NCBI GenBank assembly: GCA_963790715.1
Contig: CAWBPN010000001.1
Coordinates: 11,902-75,901, forward strand
Direction: 5' to 3'
DNA length: 64,000 nt
Source of the DNA: an uncultured Bacteroidales bacterium
GTDB taxonomy: Bacteria > Bacteroidota > Bacteroidia > Bacteroidales > Bacteroidaceae
In this document: positions 19,662 to 30,391 of the stretch, piece after piece
Numbering within the stretch: the first letter of the stretch is position 1
How the letters are laid out: the number at the start of each line of letters is the position of its first letter
Notes under the pieces: generated by a model
Seen by the model: only the letters and a program-made list of their open reading frames with translations
What the model was told of the DNA's origin: nothing
Databases searched by the model: none
Position numbers and translations under genes: made by a program

Positions 19662-20789
19662 TTATTTTGAATTTAGAAGTTGCTTATATTGATTATTTAA
19701 TATTTGAATTTCGTTTTCTACTGAAAATTCATTTTTTATTCTTTCATGAGCAGCCAAAGAATACTTTTTTCTTAAATCGTCGTCATTTAATAATGTATTT
19801 ATAGCTTTAGCATATTCTTCGATATTTCTGTTTTCTACTTCTATGCCAGTTATGCCATTTAAAGAAACCCAATTAACGCCACTTCCTTTTATATTAAATG
19901 TTATAGGGGCGCAGTAGCAATACATAGCTTCCGCAAGAGCTAATCCAAAAGCTTCAGCTCTTGTATACGAAGGAAATGCATAGATATCAGCAGCATAGTA
20001 ATAGCATTTAAGGTCACTATTTGATAAATGCCCCAACCATTTCACTCTTTTTGATTCACAGCCATCCATGATCTTTTTGGTTATAGGGCCATTGCCTGCT
20101 ATAAAAATGGATGAATCTTTGTCTATCAATGGTTCTGATTTAATAAGTTCCTCAATGCCTTTATGTAATACATGTCTTCCTGCATATAGAATTATTTTTC
20201 TCCCATTAGCATTGTCTTTTATTTCTTGAACTTTTTGCTTCTCATTTTCTGTTAATTCATAATTTTTGAAATCAATAGCACTTGGAAGTATTTGAACTTT
20301 ATCAATATATTGTTTTAATGGTATAGAAGAATCTCGGTAATTTGGACTTGTTGTAACTATTAAATCCGCTCTTCTCAATAAACGAGTTTCTATATTTTTA
20401 ATAAGTGGATATATACTTTTTTGTTTTGTTATGTCAAGATGCCAATGAATATATAATTTAGTTTTATCATCAATAAGTGGAAGTAATATAGATGTGACAA
20501 ATGGATTCGGGTAATGAAAATGAATAATATCAGGTTGAAACTCTGTTATAACTTTCTTTAGTATCTTATGGTATGAAATAGATAATGATTGACGCATTAT
20601 ATTAAATTGTACGCCGGCTTTATATACTTTTATACCATTTATGTTCTCAATTTTATTCTTTTTATCTTCACTAAAACAAACAACCCTTACATCATAATTC
20701 CTTGTTCCTTCAGCTAAATATTGACATGTTTTTTCAATACCGCCTGTATGAGGAAAATAATAATTAGGTATGTGTAAAATCCTTCTCAT
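19662..20789 (-). CDS. Glycosyltransferase family 4 (GT-B)
   Basis: 375 aa with the C-terminal E-x7-E type region ..AEAFGLALAEAM.. Confidence 0.85.
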   Translation of the reverse strand: MRRILHIPNYYFPHTGGIEKTCQYLAEGTRNYDVRVVCFSEDKKNKIENINGIKVYKAGVQFNIMRQSLSISYHKILKKVITEFQPDIIHFHYPNPFVTSILLPLIDDKTKLYIHWHLDITKQKSIYPLIKNIETRLLRRADLIVTTSPNYRDSSIPLKQYIDKVQILPSAIDFKNYELTENEKQKVQEIKDNANGRKIILYAGRHVLHKGIEELIKSEPLIDKDSSIFIAGNGPITKKIMDGCESKRVKWLGHLSNSDLKCYYYAADIYAFPSYTRAEAFGLALAEAMYCYCAPITFNIKGSGVNWVSLNGITGIEVENRNIEEYAKAINTLLNDDDLRKKYSLAAHERIKNEFSVENEIQILNNQYKQLLNSK

Positions 20790-20850
20790 TGCTATTTTAT
20801 TATACTTGTAACTTTAAAATACGTAACTTCATATATAACCAATTTATTAA

Positions 20851-22089
20851 TTATTTTACAGTTACTATACAATCTTTTGTTTTTGAATAATAAATTAAAA
20901 TCATATAAAATAATAAGCAATTTACAGCTGTTATAGTGTATACATCAATAAAACAGTTCACAATAATATAACAAATGTATATCGCTTTTATGTTCATCAA
21001 TATCATATCGTTCCCCGATTGTCGTTTTAGTACTTTGAATAAATTAATTATATAAAGCATAAATAATATAAAAGAAATAATGCCAGAACTTATAAGTGTA
21101 TATAAATACCCATTATCACATAATGACCATAATTTAGAAGAAGAGACCTTGTATCCATTGCCAAATAATAATATACTTGCATCAGGGGTATCATAAAATG
21201 TTTTAAGTAGCCACATCCATCTTTCTGTACGTCCTGAACTTACATCGTTTACATTATTACTATTCAATTGAAGTAAAATAGACATTCTATCTATTACTGT
21301 TTGAATTTCTGGAATATTACAATATGCATTTATAATATATAAACATATATATATTATTATTATTATTAGGATTAATTTTATCGCGATTTTTCTTTTATTT
21401 GTAAATAAAATATACAACGTTCCTAATAATAATGCTAATGCGGAAGAACGCGAGTAAGAAATAAAAATTGAGATGGTTGTAAATGCAATTCCTACAATAG
21501 ACAATATTACTGGAATCTTGTTATGTGTTTGACGTTTTTTTGATAATAAATAATTCAGGCAAATAAAAAAGAAAATAGCTGAAACTAGACCAAAGGCATC
21601 CGCTTCTTGAAATACGCTTCCTGCTCTATATACTACAGAGCCTATATCCATCATTTCTTTTGCACTAAATATATCTAACTGGTAGTAATATCCTATAAAT
21701 CCTAATAATGAACATATTATAGAAGATATCATTAATATATAAACAACCCTTCTTTCATCTATTCTATTCAATTTTCCAGTAAAAAAATGGATAAAAATAA
21801 GCGGATATGTTAATCTAAAAAATTTAAGGTAAGCAGAAAATAGATAATCTTGATTTCTTATTGTTGCAATAAATAATGAAATGAATACACTAAAAATGAA
21901 CCATTTCCAATATTTTGATATTCGACGTATATTAAGATTAAAATATTTTTTCTTCTGAAATATCATTATTATACCAATCATTATAAAATATATGTCGTAA
22001 CCTTGTATTTTTACATCTTCAGAGATCTCTATACTTGGTATACAGCATAATATAATCGGTAAAATATAAAATAAGAATCTAAGTACCAT
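20851..22089 (-). CDS. wzy: O-antigen polymerase/ligase-like (Wzy) membrane protein
   Basis: 412 aa with about 10-12 TM segments and one larger loop. Very AT-rich and located inside the CPS operon. Confidence 0.65.
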   Translation of the reverse strand: MVLRFLFYILPIILCCIPSIEISEDVKIQGYDIYFIMIGIIMIFQKKKYFNLNIRRISKYWKWFIFSVFISLFIATIRNQDYLFSAYLKFFRLTYPLIFIHFFTGKLNRIDERRVVYILMISSIICSLLGFIGYYYQLDIFSAKEMMDIGSVVYRAGSVFQEADAFGLVSAIFFFICLNYLLSKKRQTHNKIPVILSIVGIAFTTISIFISYSRSSALALLLGTLYILFTNKRKIAIKLILIIIIIYICLYIINAYCNIPEIQTVIDRMSILLQLNSNNVNDVSSGRTERWMWLLKTFYDTPDASILLFGNGYKVSSSKLWSLCDNGYLYTLISSGIISFILFMLYIINLFKVLKRQSGNDMILMNIKAIYICYIIVNCFIDVYTITAVNCLLFYMILIYYSKTKDCIVTVK

Positions 22090-22096
22090 TTTATTT

Positions 22097-23269
22097 CTAT
22101 GAATTATACATTTGTATAATTTTTATAATGAAATTTTCCCAATTGTAGTTTGATTTTACATATTGGTTCAGTCTTTTGGATAAATCATCTTTTATATCTA
22201 TAACTTTTATTATCATATCAGCCATTTGATGCTTATCAATATCAACTAAAAAGTCAGGTGTAATGCCACTTAATATTTCTATATTTGCACAAACTTTTGT
22301 AGCTATTACAGGAGTACCACATGCCATAGCTTCTGCAGTTGTAAGTCCAAAACCTTCTAAATCTAAAGATGGTACGACACATACATCACATGCAGCATAA
22401 TATAGGGGAACTATATCATCTTGTATGAAACCTAAAAAGCATACATTCTTTTCAATATTTAGTTTTCTAGCTTTATTCTTTAATATATCTATATAATCAC
22501 CCTTACCTCCGATTAATAAGTGATAGCTTGGATATTTATTCACGACAATGGCAAATGCTTCCAACAGTACATCAATACCCATACGTTTCTTTAATCGTCG
22601 CAATGTAAATATATATTTATTATTTTCTATAAAACCATATTTGTTTTTAAATATGTATAGCTCATTTTTAGGAAAAAGATGAAATTTTTCTAAATCTATT
22701 GCATGTGGAAACTGTTTAATTTTATTCATATTTCCGTACAAACTTATTTCTTCATTTTTCATGTATGAACTAGCCACCTGTATACTATCGCAATTTTTCA
22801 ATACAGAATTCTCTATATGTTTTACTATTGAAAGAAATACCTTTTTTATAATAAAATTTTCTTTTAGTTCATACGAATATTCTCTGCATGTAGGACCGTG
22901 AAAAGTATAGATAAGACGAATTGGTAATTTTTTTAGTCTTATATATTTAAAAATGAGATAACATGTAAGTGGCCAGTGTCCATGTATAATATCCAGATGA
23001 CATTTATTTTCTGATATAAATAACTTATATGGCTGAATTATAAAATCAATAAATGAATGCACTTTCCCCTTATGATGTTTATATCTTTTGATAGTGAATC
23101 CATTTATTACTTCATAATTTGTTGACGTTTTCGACTGCTTAGGTGAATAAACTGTCACAATATATCCTCTCTTGCTAAGATTCGTGCTTAAATCATAGAT
23201 ATGTCTATGGGAACCACCCATTGTATCAGGATATACTGAATCACCTATCATTAATACTCTTTTCCCCAT
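22097..23269 (-). CDS. Glycosyltransferase family 4 (GT-B)
   Basis: 390 aa with ..LEGFGLTTAEAMACGTPVI.. Confidence 0.85.
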   Translation of the reverse strand: MGKRVLMIGDSVYPDTMGGSHRHIYDLSTNLSKRGYIVTVYSPKQSKTSTNYEVINGFTIKRYKHHKGKVHSFIDFIIQPYKLFISENKCHLDIIHGHWPLTCYLIFKYIRLKKLPIRLIYTFHGPTCREYSYELKENFIIKKVFLSIVKHIENSVLKNCDSIQVASSYMKNEEISLYGNMNKIKQFPHAIDLEKFHLFPKNELYIFKNKYGFIENNKYIFTLRRLKKRMGIDVLLEAFAIVVNKYPSYHLLIGGKGDYIDILKNKARKLNIEKNVCFLGFIQDDIVPLYYAACDVCVVPSLDLEGFGLTTAEAMACGTPVIATKVCANIEILSGITPDFLVDIDKHQMADMIIKVIDIKDDLSKRLNQYVKSNYNWENFIIKIIQMYNS

Positions 23270-24243
23270 CTCTTAAGATTGATTTTTCTCATCATTCGAA
23301 TAAAAAATATTTTTAAATCTTCATTTAGAATATCATATATAAATGAAATTATTATTTGTTTAACTGATCGATTTTCATAGCCCATGTATAAATTATATCC
23401 TAATACTTTTTTAGAATAATTTTGAAATATAGATTTATAGGGATGTCTTGAGTTTTTAAACCAAGGTCTTGCATATGTGAATCCACTTGTAAAATGTATA
23501 ATTGTCGGAATCTTTTTTGCACTATCATATTCAATCTTACTATAATATATTTTACTGTTTCTATAAAACAATAGTGAGTTATATTTAAAAAATAGAGTAA
23601 TAGTAATGATATTGTATTTTAACGGTAATATCAATATTTTACCATGCAGTACTACATTGATTGCATCTTGATCTGGATAACGCACAATATTAGACGTATT
23701 TGAAAAAAAATCTTTGAATTTTTTTGCAGTTTCATTCTCTCTCATTTTTTTGAGATTCATCAGTAACAAACCTGAATTAATATAAATATCATTTTCATTT
23801 AATCCAATATCTTTTTTTAATGAATCGTCCATGCATTCTTGAACGCCTCCTATACAATAATTTTTTATATCAATATTCCATAATGACTGAATTTGTTTTA
23901 AAATTAATGTATCACAATCAATATATATTATTTTATTTATGTCATTAGATAAGACTTGATCTATAAATAACCTATAACATACTAATGCAGGCCAATTATA
24001 TTTGTTGAAACTAATATTATCAACATATTCAGAAAATTCATTTGATCGTATATATTCAATTTTTTTTAGTTTGGAGAATTCCTCCTTTATATGTGATAAT
24101 GAATTAATTCTTGATATTCCATTTTCTATAATGATATACAAGTTAATATCATCTACAATATATTTATTATTTTCTAATAAAGAATATAGAGATATTTCAA
24201 ATATCGGTATATAATTTGAATTTACGGAGTACAGTATATTCAT
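23251..24243 (-). CDS. Glycosyltransferase family 8
   Basis: 330 aa with ..IIYIDCDTLILKQIQSLW.. (DxD) and the later HF..G.KPW-like region typical of GT8. Confidence 0.7.
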   Translation of the reverse strand: MNILYSVNSNYIPIFEISLYSLLENNKYIVDDINLYIIIENGISRINSLSHIKEEFSKLKKIEYIRSNEFSEYVDNISFNKYNWPALVCYRLFIDQVLSNDINKIIYIDCDTLILKQIQSLWNIDIKNYCIGGVQECMDDSLKKDIGLNENDIYINSGLLLMNLKKMRENETAKKFKDFFSNTSNIVRYPDQDAINVVLHGKILILPLKYNIITITLFFKYNSLLFYRNSKIYYSKIEYDSAKKIPTIIHFTSGFTYARPWFKNSRHPYKSIFQNYSKKVLGYNLYMGYENRSVKQIIISFIYDILNEDLKIFFIRMMRKINLKRWGKEY

Positions 24244-25253
24244 TGATGCATATATTTATATTGATTAATATATAGGTCGATTTTTTTGTATATAATTATG
24301 ATATTGCATTCAACTTTTTTTATAAAAAAAGTTGGTAAAATGTATAAATTCAAATATAGAAATATTGTATATCTCTTATTTGGCATATAGTGCTTTAATT
24401 CACTAATAAGGGTTTTATACCTTTTGCGGTCTTCACATGTTGCACAAACTTCTAATAATATATTGAACCGTTGTTTTTTTCGATAATTCATCCAATTCTC
24501 ATATAATCCGTCACATTGTTCATTAAGATATTCAAACATTCTAGATATACTTATTAATGAATAGTATGACCAATTTTTTTTATACCCACATACACCGCTA
24601 TCTCTTTGTATTGCAAGAGGGATGAAGTAAAAAGCACATGGCATATCTATTATTCCACTATACATCTGCAATAACCAATTATATCCAGGACAATCATCTT
24701 TTTTAAATCTTTCACCTTTTATCCATACTTCACGTTTAAAGACATTAGATGACATAAAGCTAGGGCTACTATGAAACTGTTTTATAAAATCCTTTCCTTT
24801 CTTGTATTTTGTGATTAAACTATTACTTATATTGTTATTTAAATGTAATTTTACATATTCCATTTTATTGCCACAAATTAAATAATTAAAGTGAAATAGA
24901 TAAATTTCCTGATTCGTATTTATTAATTCTAATATAGAGGTAATAAAATTTGTTGATACTAAATCATCATCTCCAAGTAGATAAACATATTCGCTATTTG
25001 AATGAGTTATTCCATAATCGAAATTTAAATTGCTTCCAATATTAATCTTATGCTTATGATATCTAAGACAATCTGGATATTTTTCTATATAGTTCTTTAT
25101 CATTTCGTTTGTGCCATCTGTTGAAGCATTATCAACAATGAACATCTCTACATCCTCTTTATGTATAATAATTTGTGGTAATGTATTTTCTATATTTTCC
25201 CTAACATATTTACATCTATTATATGTTGGAATTACAATAGTCAGCTTCTTCAT
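24240..25253 (-). CDS. Glycosyltransferase family 2
   Basis: 337 aa with ..LTIVIPTYNR.. and ..VDNASTDGT.. motifs. Confidence 0.85.
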   Translation of the reverse strand: MKKLTIVIPTYNRCKYVRENIENTLPQIIIHKEDVEMFIVDNASTDGTNEMIKNYIEKYPDCLRYHKHKINIGSNLNFDYGITHSNSEYVYLLGDDDLVSTNFITSILELINTNQEIYLFHFNYLICGNKMEYVKLHLNNNISNSLITKYKKGKDFIKQFHSSPSFMSSNVFKREVWIKGERFKKDDCPGYNWLLQMYSGIIDMPCAFYFIPLAIQRDSGVCGYKKNWSYYSLISISRMFEYLNEQCDGLYENWMNYRKKQRFNILLEVCATCEDRKRYKTLISELKHYMPNKRYTIFLYLNLYILPTFFIKKVECNIIIIYKKIDLYINQYKYMHQ

Positions 25254-25921
25254 TACAATTATGAATTAAAATAAACATCAATTTTATTACTTATTTGCTT
25301 GACAAACTTGTTCTTCATCAATGGTTTTTCTATGAAATTAATTCTGATATGTCCTATTATTACTGTTAACATTAATACAGCAAGCGCTATTATATATAGT
25401 GTGTACACATAATGTGGTCCACTTATTGATTTTAGATTGAAGTAATCTGCCCACCAAGTTCCATCAGTTTTAGATAATGAGATGCTTAACAATGTATATA
25501 TATCAAATGTTGACATAGCGATCCAATTGATAATTTTATTTACTTTAATTTTTATACTTAAAAAGCAAAAAAATATAGCAAAAGAACCAGCGGCGCTTGG
25601 TATAGATGATAAATTTTCATAAAACGTATCACTATTTATATTGAACTTCGTAAGTAATTTAATTAGTGAATGGAATTTATTGGGATATAATATAAATATG
25701 GCCTTATTAAAATATAATATAAGATAAGATGCAATTGCTATAATGATACACCATACTAATACTTTATTTCTCTTTATTCTTAGAATATCTTTATAATATA
25801 TTTTTATATATCCTGTTATTATATACATAGCTATAAACCAACCAAGATTGCTATAAAAAGAAAGTGTTTTAGGGTCTATAGTTATTAAGATACAAAATAT
25901 ATATATTAATATGCAAACTAA

Positions 25922-26808
25922 GAAGCTGTTTTGAAATTATTGTATAAGTTTTTTAAGCATAATTTGGCAGAAAGTAATTTGTAGCATAGCTTCAGCCGAA
26001 TCAGTCTTATATTCGTAATCAGTAGTCATTCTTCTGTAGTTCTCGATCCATGAAAAAGTACGTTCAACGATCCATCGTAAAGGTAGCACCTTAAACTTTT
26101 TTGAAGATTCATTTGGCCTAAGCACAACCGATAAATTCCATCCGAATTCTTTTACAACATCAACTAATTTACCTCTATAACCACCATCAGCTATAATTTT
26201 CTTCAAACGAGGAAATTTATATTTAAGAAGTTCTATTGTATCAACTGCGCCAAGGCTATCATGTATATTTGCAGCATGTACTCTTATAGCCATTGGCAGT
26301 CCTAGTGTGTCAACAATTATATGTTCCTTCCTGCCCTTTATTTTCTTTCCTCCATCAATGCCATATTCTTTGCTGTCAATGTGATGAGATGTCCTTACAC
26401 TTCGAGAATCTATGAGACCTATACTTGGACTGATTTCTTTTCCTTTTATTTTCCTAACCGCTTGGCGAAGGACATGCATCAGTTCTTCAAAGACACCCTC
26501 TAATTTCCACTTACGAAAATAGAAATACACCGTTTGCCATGGACCAAAATCTTTGGGAAGCATACGCCACTGACTACCTGTTTTTGTTATGTACATCATT
26601 GCATTTAGAATATCACGCAAAGAATGTTTGCGCTTCCTTGCTTTGGGTTCTAATATATTTTTTATAACTTGCCACTGTTTATCTGTGAGGTCGCTGGGAT
26701 AATTAATCATAACTTATTGTCTTGATAACTATAAAATATGAATTTTATTCCTTTTGACCTCCTGATATCCTTTATTTATTACTCTTTTTTATAATTCAAA
26801 ACAGCTTC
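25922..26808 (-). mobile_element. IS5-family insertion sequence (887 bp) with TAA target duplication
   Basis: Terminal inverted repeats GAAGCTGTTTTGAA (25922-25935) and TTCAAAACAGCTTC (26795-26808). Flanking direct TAA at 25919-25921 and 26809-26811. A single DDE transposase ORF lies inside. Confidence 0.8.
25937..26710 (-). CDS. IS5-family DDE transposase
   Basis: 257 aa with N-terminal ..LTDKQWQVIKNIL.. (DUF4096-type), a DDE region ..DSRSV.., ..ADGGYRG.. and C-terminal ..RWIVERTFSWIENYRR.. Confidence 0.9.
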   Translation of the reverse strand: MINYPSDLTDKQWQVIKNILEPKARKRKHSLRDILNAMMYITKTGSQWRMLPKDFGPWQTVYFYFRKWKLEGVFEELMHVLRQAVRKIKGKEISPSIGLIDSRSVRTSHHIDSKEYGIDGGKKIKGRKEHIIVDTLGLPMAIRVHAANIHDSLGAVDTIELLKYKFPRLKKIIADGGYRGKLVDVVKEFGWNLSVVLRPNESSKKFKVLPLRWIVERTFSWIENYRRMTTDYEYKTDSAEAMLQITFCQIMLKKLIQ

Positions 26809-27290
26809 TAAAAACGAACAAACTCTTTTTGATGACTCTTTTAATAACTTATTTAATAGTGGTGAAATTAGTAATAATACAAGATATGGTTGGAAAAACC
26901 ATACTAGCCCAAATGATAAAGGTAGAAAAGCTTTTATAATATATTGCGTAGATAAGCCTCTTGTAAATTTTACAAGAAATGCAATTGGAATAGTATAACA
27001 TAATATAGCAGTCCATATTCGTATTAATCTTTTAGCATTAAATTTTTGATCAACTAAGAACCATGCTCCTACTATAACAAAAATATTAACTGCCATTCTC
27101 CCTCCAGGATAAAACAAGAAATAACAAAATGCCTTTTCATGAGTTGTTAATGCTGAAAAATTTGTTCCATAATTAATATAATGTAAAAAGAAAACCATTA
27201 TTGCTGCAAAGATCCTTAATAGTTCAATATTACTTTGTCTTTCATTTTTTAATGAACCATTATCTCGTCCTTTTAATTTAGAATTGATTA

Positions 27291-28652
27291 TTAATGCCAT
27301 TCTCTTTTTTTTGTTTTAAATATCCAATATCCCCATGGTGTAGCAATAAATGTTGTCAAGATACAATATCCTATACATATACCATACAAACCATATATAT
27401 GTCCCAACAGTAGTGTAGATAGCATTGTAAGAATACCCATTGTTATAGAATTAATTAAAAAAGGTTCTTGTTTATGGCAGCGTAAATAGGTAGCGAATGA
27501 AAATGTGAATTGGTTTACATATATCGGTATTATCATTAATAACATTGGAATATAATCTAAAAATCGATCACCTAATATATGACCGTTGAAACTTATATGT
27601 AGTATTCGTAATACATATATACCACTATAAAATACGACCAATAACAATAAACATACACTACTTTCTTGTAATACAGTTTTATTGAAGATTTTATCTAAAC
27701 TGTGGTAATCTTTCATTTCAATTTGCCGAGAAAATAATGGCACTTTAGTGTTAATCCAATTCATTGAAAAACCATTAATTGCATTCAGTACCTGAAGTGT
27801 CATCCCCATTTGTCCTGCTACTACAGCCCCTTCTGTAGCAAAAAGAACAGGATTAAATAATTGGAAAATAAAATAACCACTAATCCAACTGAGAGCAATT
27901 TTCCATTGATACGGGAAAATCTCTCTCATGTAATCGACACGAGCAGTAACTTTTATTTTCCATATATTTTTTATTATTGAACGAAATTGCGTTGATGCAA
28001 TATATGTTATTACATATAATGCAGTGCAAATACTTGCTATACCGACGACGTACAGTTTGAATCCTATTATAAAACCTGTCCATGATATTATTGGAATTAT
28101 TAGCTGTTTAATGAACAAAATCTTTGATACTTCCTTCACTTTTCCTAATCCAGACAAGAATGACATAATTGGAGCAAGAAAAAGATTAATAGATGTGCCT
28201 ATACATACAAGTACCCATGGAGTTTTCCATATAATAGATTCTCCCTTTCCATAATGTGAAAAGAAAATAAATCCTACAATGATTAATGTTATGAGTAGTA
28301 GTACAGATATAATTGCATACCATTTTACACAAAAATGCAGAAGATATGAAAGACGCGAGCGATATTTTTCTTCTCCTGTTAGTAATGTCCCATTTTCTGA
28401 CCACTGTAAATGTGCTTGTTCATGGGCAACATATTGAGTCATTATACCTGTTAAACCTAGGTCGAAAAATGTTTGTATAGCTACTAATGATCCAAATGTG
28501 AAATAATAACCTTGTTCATTTCCACTTAAATATGAACTAATAAAATAAATCGTTCCTAATCCGGCAAACGCAGCAAGCACAGTTGATCCCGATGAATATG
28601 CTATTGATTTATCAATGCCTATTTTATGAGCTATTTCCTTTATTAAATTCAC
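27291..28652 (-). CDS. wzx: Polysaccharide flippase (Wzx/MOP superfamily)
   Basis: 453 aa with about 12 TM segments, located in the CPS operon. Confidence 0.7.
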   Translation of the reverse strand: MNLIKEIAHKIGIDKSIAYSSGSTVLAAFAGLGTIYFISSYLSGNEQGYYFTFGSLVAIQTFFDLGLTGIMTQYVAHEQAHLQWSENGTLLTGEEKYRSRLSYLLHFCVKWYAIISVLLLITLIIVGFIFFSHYGKGESIIWKTPWVLVCIGTSINLFLAPIMSFLSGLGKVKEVSKILFIKQLIIPIISWTGFIIGFKLYVVGIASICTALYVITYIASTQFRSIIKNIWKIKVTARVDYMREIFPYQWKIALSWISGYFIFQLFNPVLFATEGAVVAGQMGMTLQVLNAINGFSMNWINTKVPLFSRQIEMKDYHSLDKIFNKTVLQESSVCLLLLVVFYSGIYVLRILHISFNGHILGDRFLDYIPMLLMIIPIYVNQFTFSFATYLRCHKQEPFLINSITMGILTMLSTLLLGHIYGLYGICIGYCILTTFIATPWGYWIFKTKKREWH

Positions 28653-28687
28653 GCTTTTGATTTAATTGATAAGTATTATTTATGCGT

Positions 28688-30391
28688 TTATTGTTTTAAT
28701 TTTGGTATCATATCAGCCATTGAATGATCAAATGGTAATTTGGGGCATACGGTTGTTAATCCTTCTGTATAATAATCAATAATACCATTTTTCATATTCT
28801 CAATTTTTGATATTGTTGATTCATTATCTAAATCTGTTGCTGACAATTTTAAATATGGTAATCGATAAGCCTTTGCTATTGATTCCATATCAGGTTCTAT
28901 ATATCCTCCATTAGCGGAAGTCGCTACTAAATTTCCATCAAAATATTGATATTGAAATTGCGTTATCATTCCTAATGATTCGTTATTGATAACAATAATT
29001 TTTATAGGTAAATTATATTGAGAAATTAATAATAAAGATTGTATAGCTATATGAAATCCTCCATCACCGTTAATGCTGTAGATTGTTGCTTTAGATTTAG
29101 CGAATGCAGCTCCGACAGCAGCCGGTAAGGAGTAACCCATCGGTGCAAAATTTCCACTTGTCAAATACAATTGTTCATGCTTCATTTTAAGTGTTTGTGC
29201 CACCCACATTTGATTTTGACCGATATCTGAAGTTATTATATCTCCTTCTTTTGTTATTTTATTCAACCATTCTACAAAAAGATATGGCGATTTATTATCA
29301 ACATAGTTACGTATTTCCTCTTCTTGGTTATATTTCGACTTTATATCTTTCAAATATTTATGCCACTCACTATTTTCGTTATAATGAGGTTTTAGTTCTT
29401 CTATTTGTATCAAGAAATCAAGTACATCCATTTGTACTTTTTCCCTATTTTCAATTCTGTTATAATCAAGTTCGTTTTTATCATTATTTACTTGTATAAT
29501 ATGGCTGTTTGGAAGAAATAATTTATAAATTCCTGTTTGCCTTAAATCTAATCTAGATCCCAATACAAGTAAAACATCTACTTTATCCATGGCTATATTG
29601 GCACATCTATTTCCATAGCTGCCAATCATTCCAAGGCATAATGATTCGTCTTCATTAAATGCACCTTTACCCATTAATGAATATACAAACGGGAAATTGC
29701 TGTTTTTAATAAATCGATAAAGTATCTTCTTTACTTCATTGTTTACACATCCTGCACCTAAAAGAATCATTGGATGTTTAGCCTCTTCAAACAACTTTAC
29801 AATTGACTTTATATCTGATATTTTATTTATGGCCTTATTCGGTGGCGTAAAATGTTTTAAGTTGTTGATGTCGATTTCGGCTCTTTGTATATTCATAGGT
29901 ATATCCAATAGCACAGGGCCTTTACGACCTTCATTTGCTATATAATATGCTTTTTCCAGTTCATAAGCTATATCACTTTCATTGTCAAGTAATTTTGCAT
30001 ATTTGGTTATTGGTGTCGCTATACTGACCGCATCTGTCTCTTGAAATCCTTGTTGACGTATGGGTTTATCATATTTATATTCATAAGAATTTACCTGTCC
30101 TGATACATATATTACAGGTACTGAGCCAAAATATGCGTCAGCGATGCCTGTTATCATATTGGTAAATCCGGGTCCACTTGTTGCCATAGCGACGCCTATT
30201 GTGCCTTTTGTTATAGCATAACCTTCTGCTGCGATAGCCGCTGACTGCTCATGATAAGTTTGAATAAAACGAACTTTATTACTCTTATCAACAGAATCTA
30301 CCAGGTGTACAATCATACCACCTATATATCCAAAAATGGTGTCTACACCTTTTGAGGCAAAAAAATCTATAATGTAATCAGAAGCTTTCAT
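28688..30391 (-). CDS. Thiamine-diphosphate-dependent enzyme (acetolactate-synthase-like), YerE-like candidate branching enzyme
   Basis: 567 aa with the ThDP motif GDGGF..(x24)..NN (..INGDGGFHIAIQSLLLISQYNLPIKIIVINNES..). Located directly downstream of rfbF/G/H and an SDR reductase. Confidence 0.7.
   Translation of the reverse strand: MKASDYIIDFFASKGVDTIFGYIGGMIVHLVDSVDKSNKVRFIQTYHEQSAAIAAEGYAITKGTIGVAMATSGPGFTNMITGIADAYFGSVPVIYVSGQVNSYEYKYDKPIRQQGFQETDAVSIATPITKYAKLLDNESDIAYELEKAYYIANEGRKGPVLLDIPMNIQRAEIDINNLKHFTPPNKAINKISDIKSIVKLFEEAKHPMILLGAGCVNNEVKKILYRFIKNSNFPFVYSLMGKGAFNEDESLCLGMIGSYGNRCANIAMDKVDVLLVLGSRLDLRQTGIYKLFLPNSHIIQVNNDKNELDYNRIENREKVQMDVLDFLIQIEELKPHYNENSEWHKYLKDIKSKYNQEEEIRNYVDNKSPYLFVEWLNKITKEGDIITSDIGQNQMWVAQTLKMKHEQLYLTSGNFAPMGYSLPAAVGAAFAKSKATIYSINGDGGFHIAIQSLLLISQYNLPIKIIVINNESLGMITQFQYQYFDGNLVATSANGGYIEPDMESIAKAYRLPYLKLSATDLDNESTISKIENMKNGIIDYYTEGLTTVCPKLPFDHSMADMIPKLKQ

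Larger units (their letters stand above)
25259..27300 (-). pseudogene. Acyltransferase-3 family (O-acetyltransferase) gene interrupted by an IS element
   Basis: The N-terminal fragment 26779-27300 (..NIELLRIFAAIMVFFLH..) runs into the IS end. The C-terminal TM-rich fragment is 25259-25921. The IS lies exactly between them. Confidence 0.7.
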
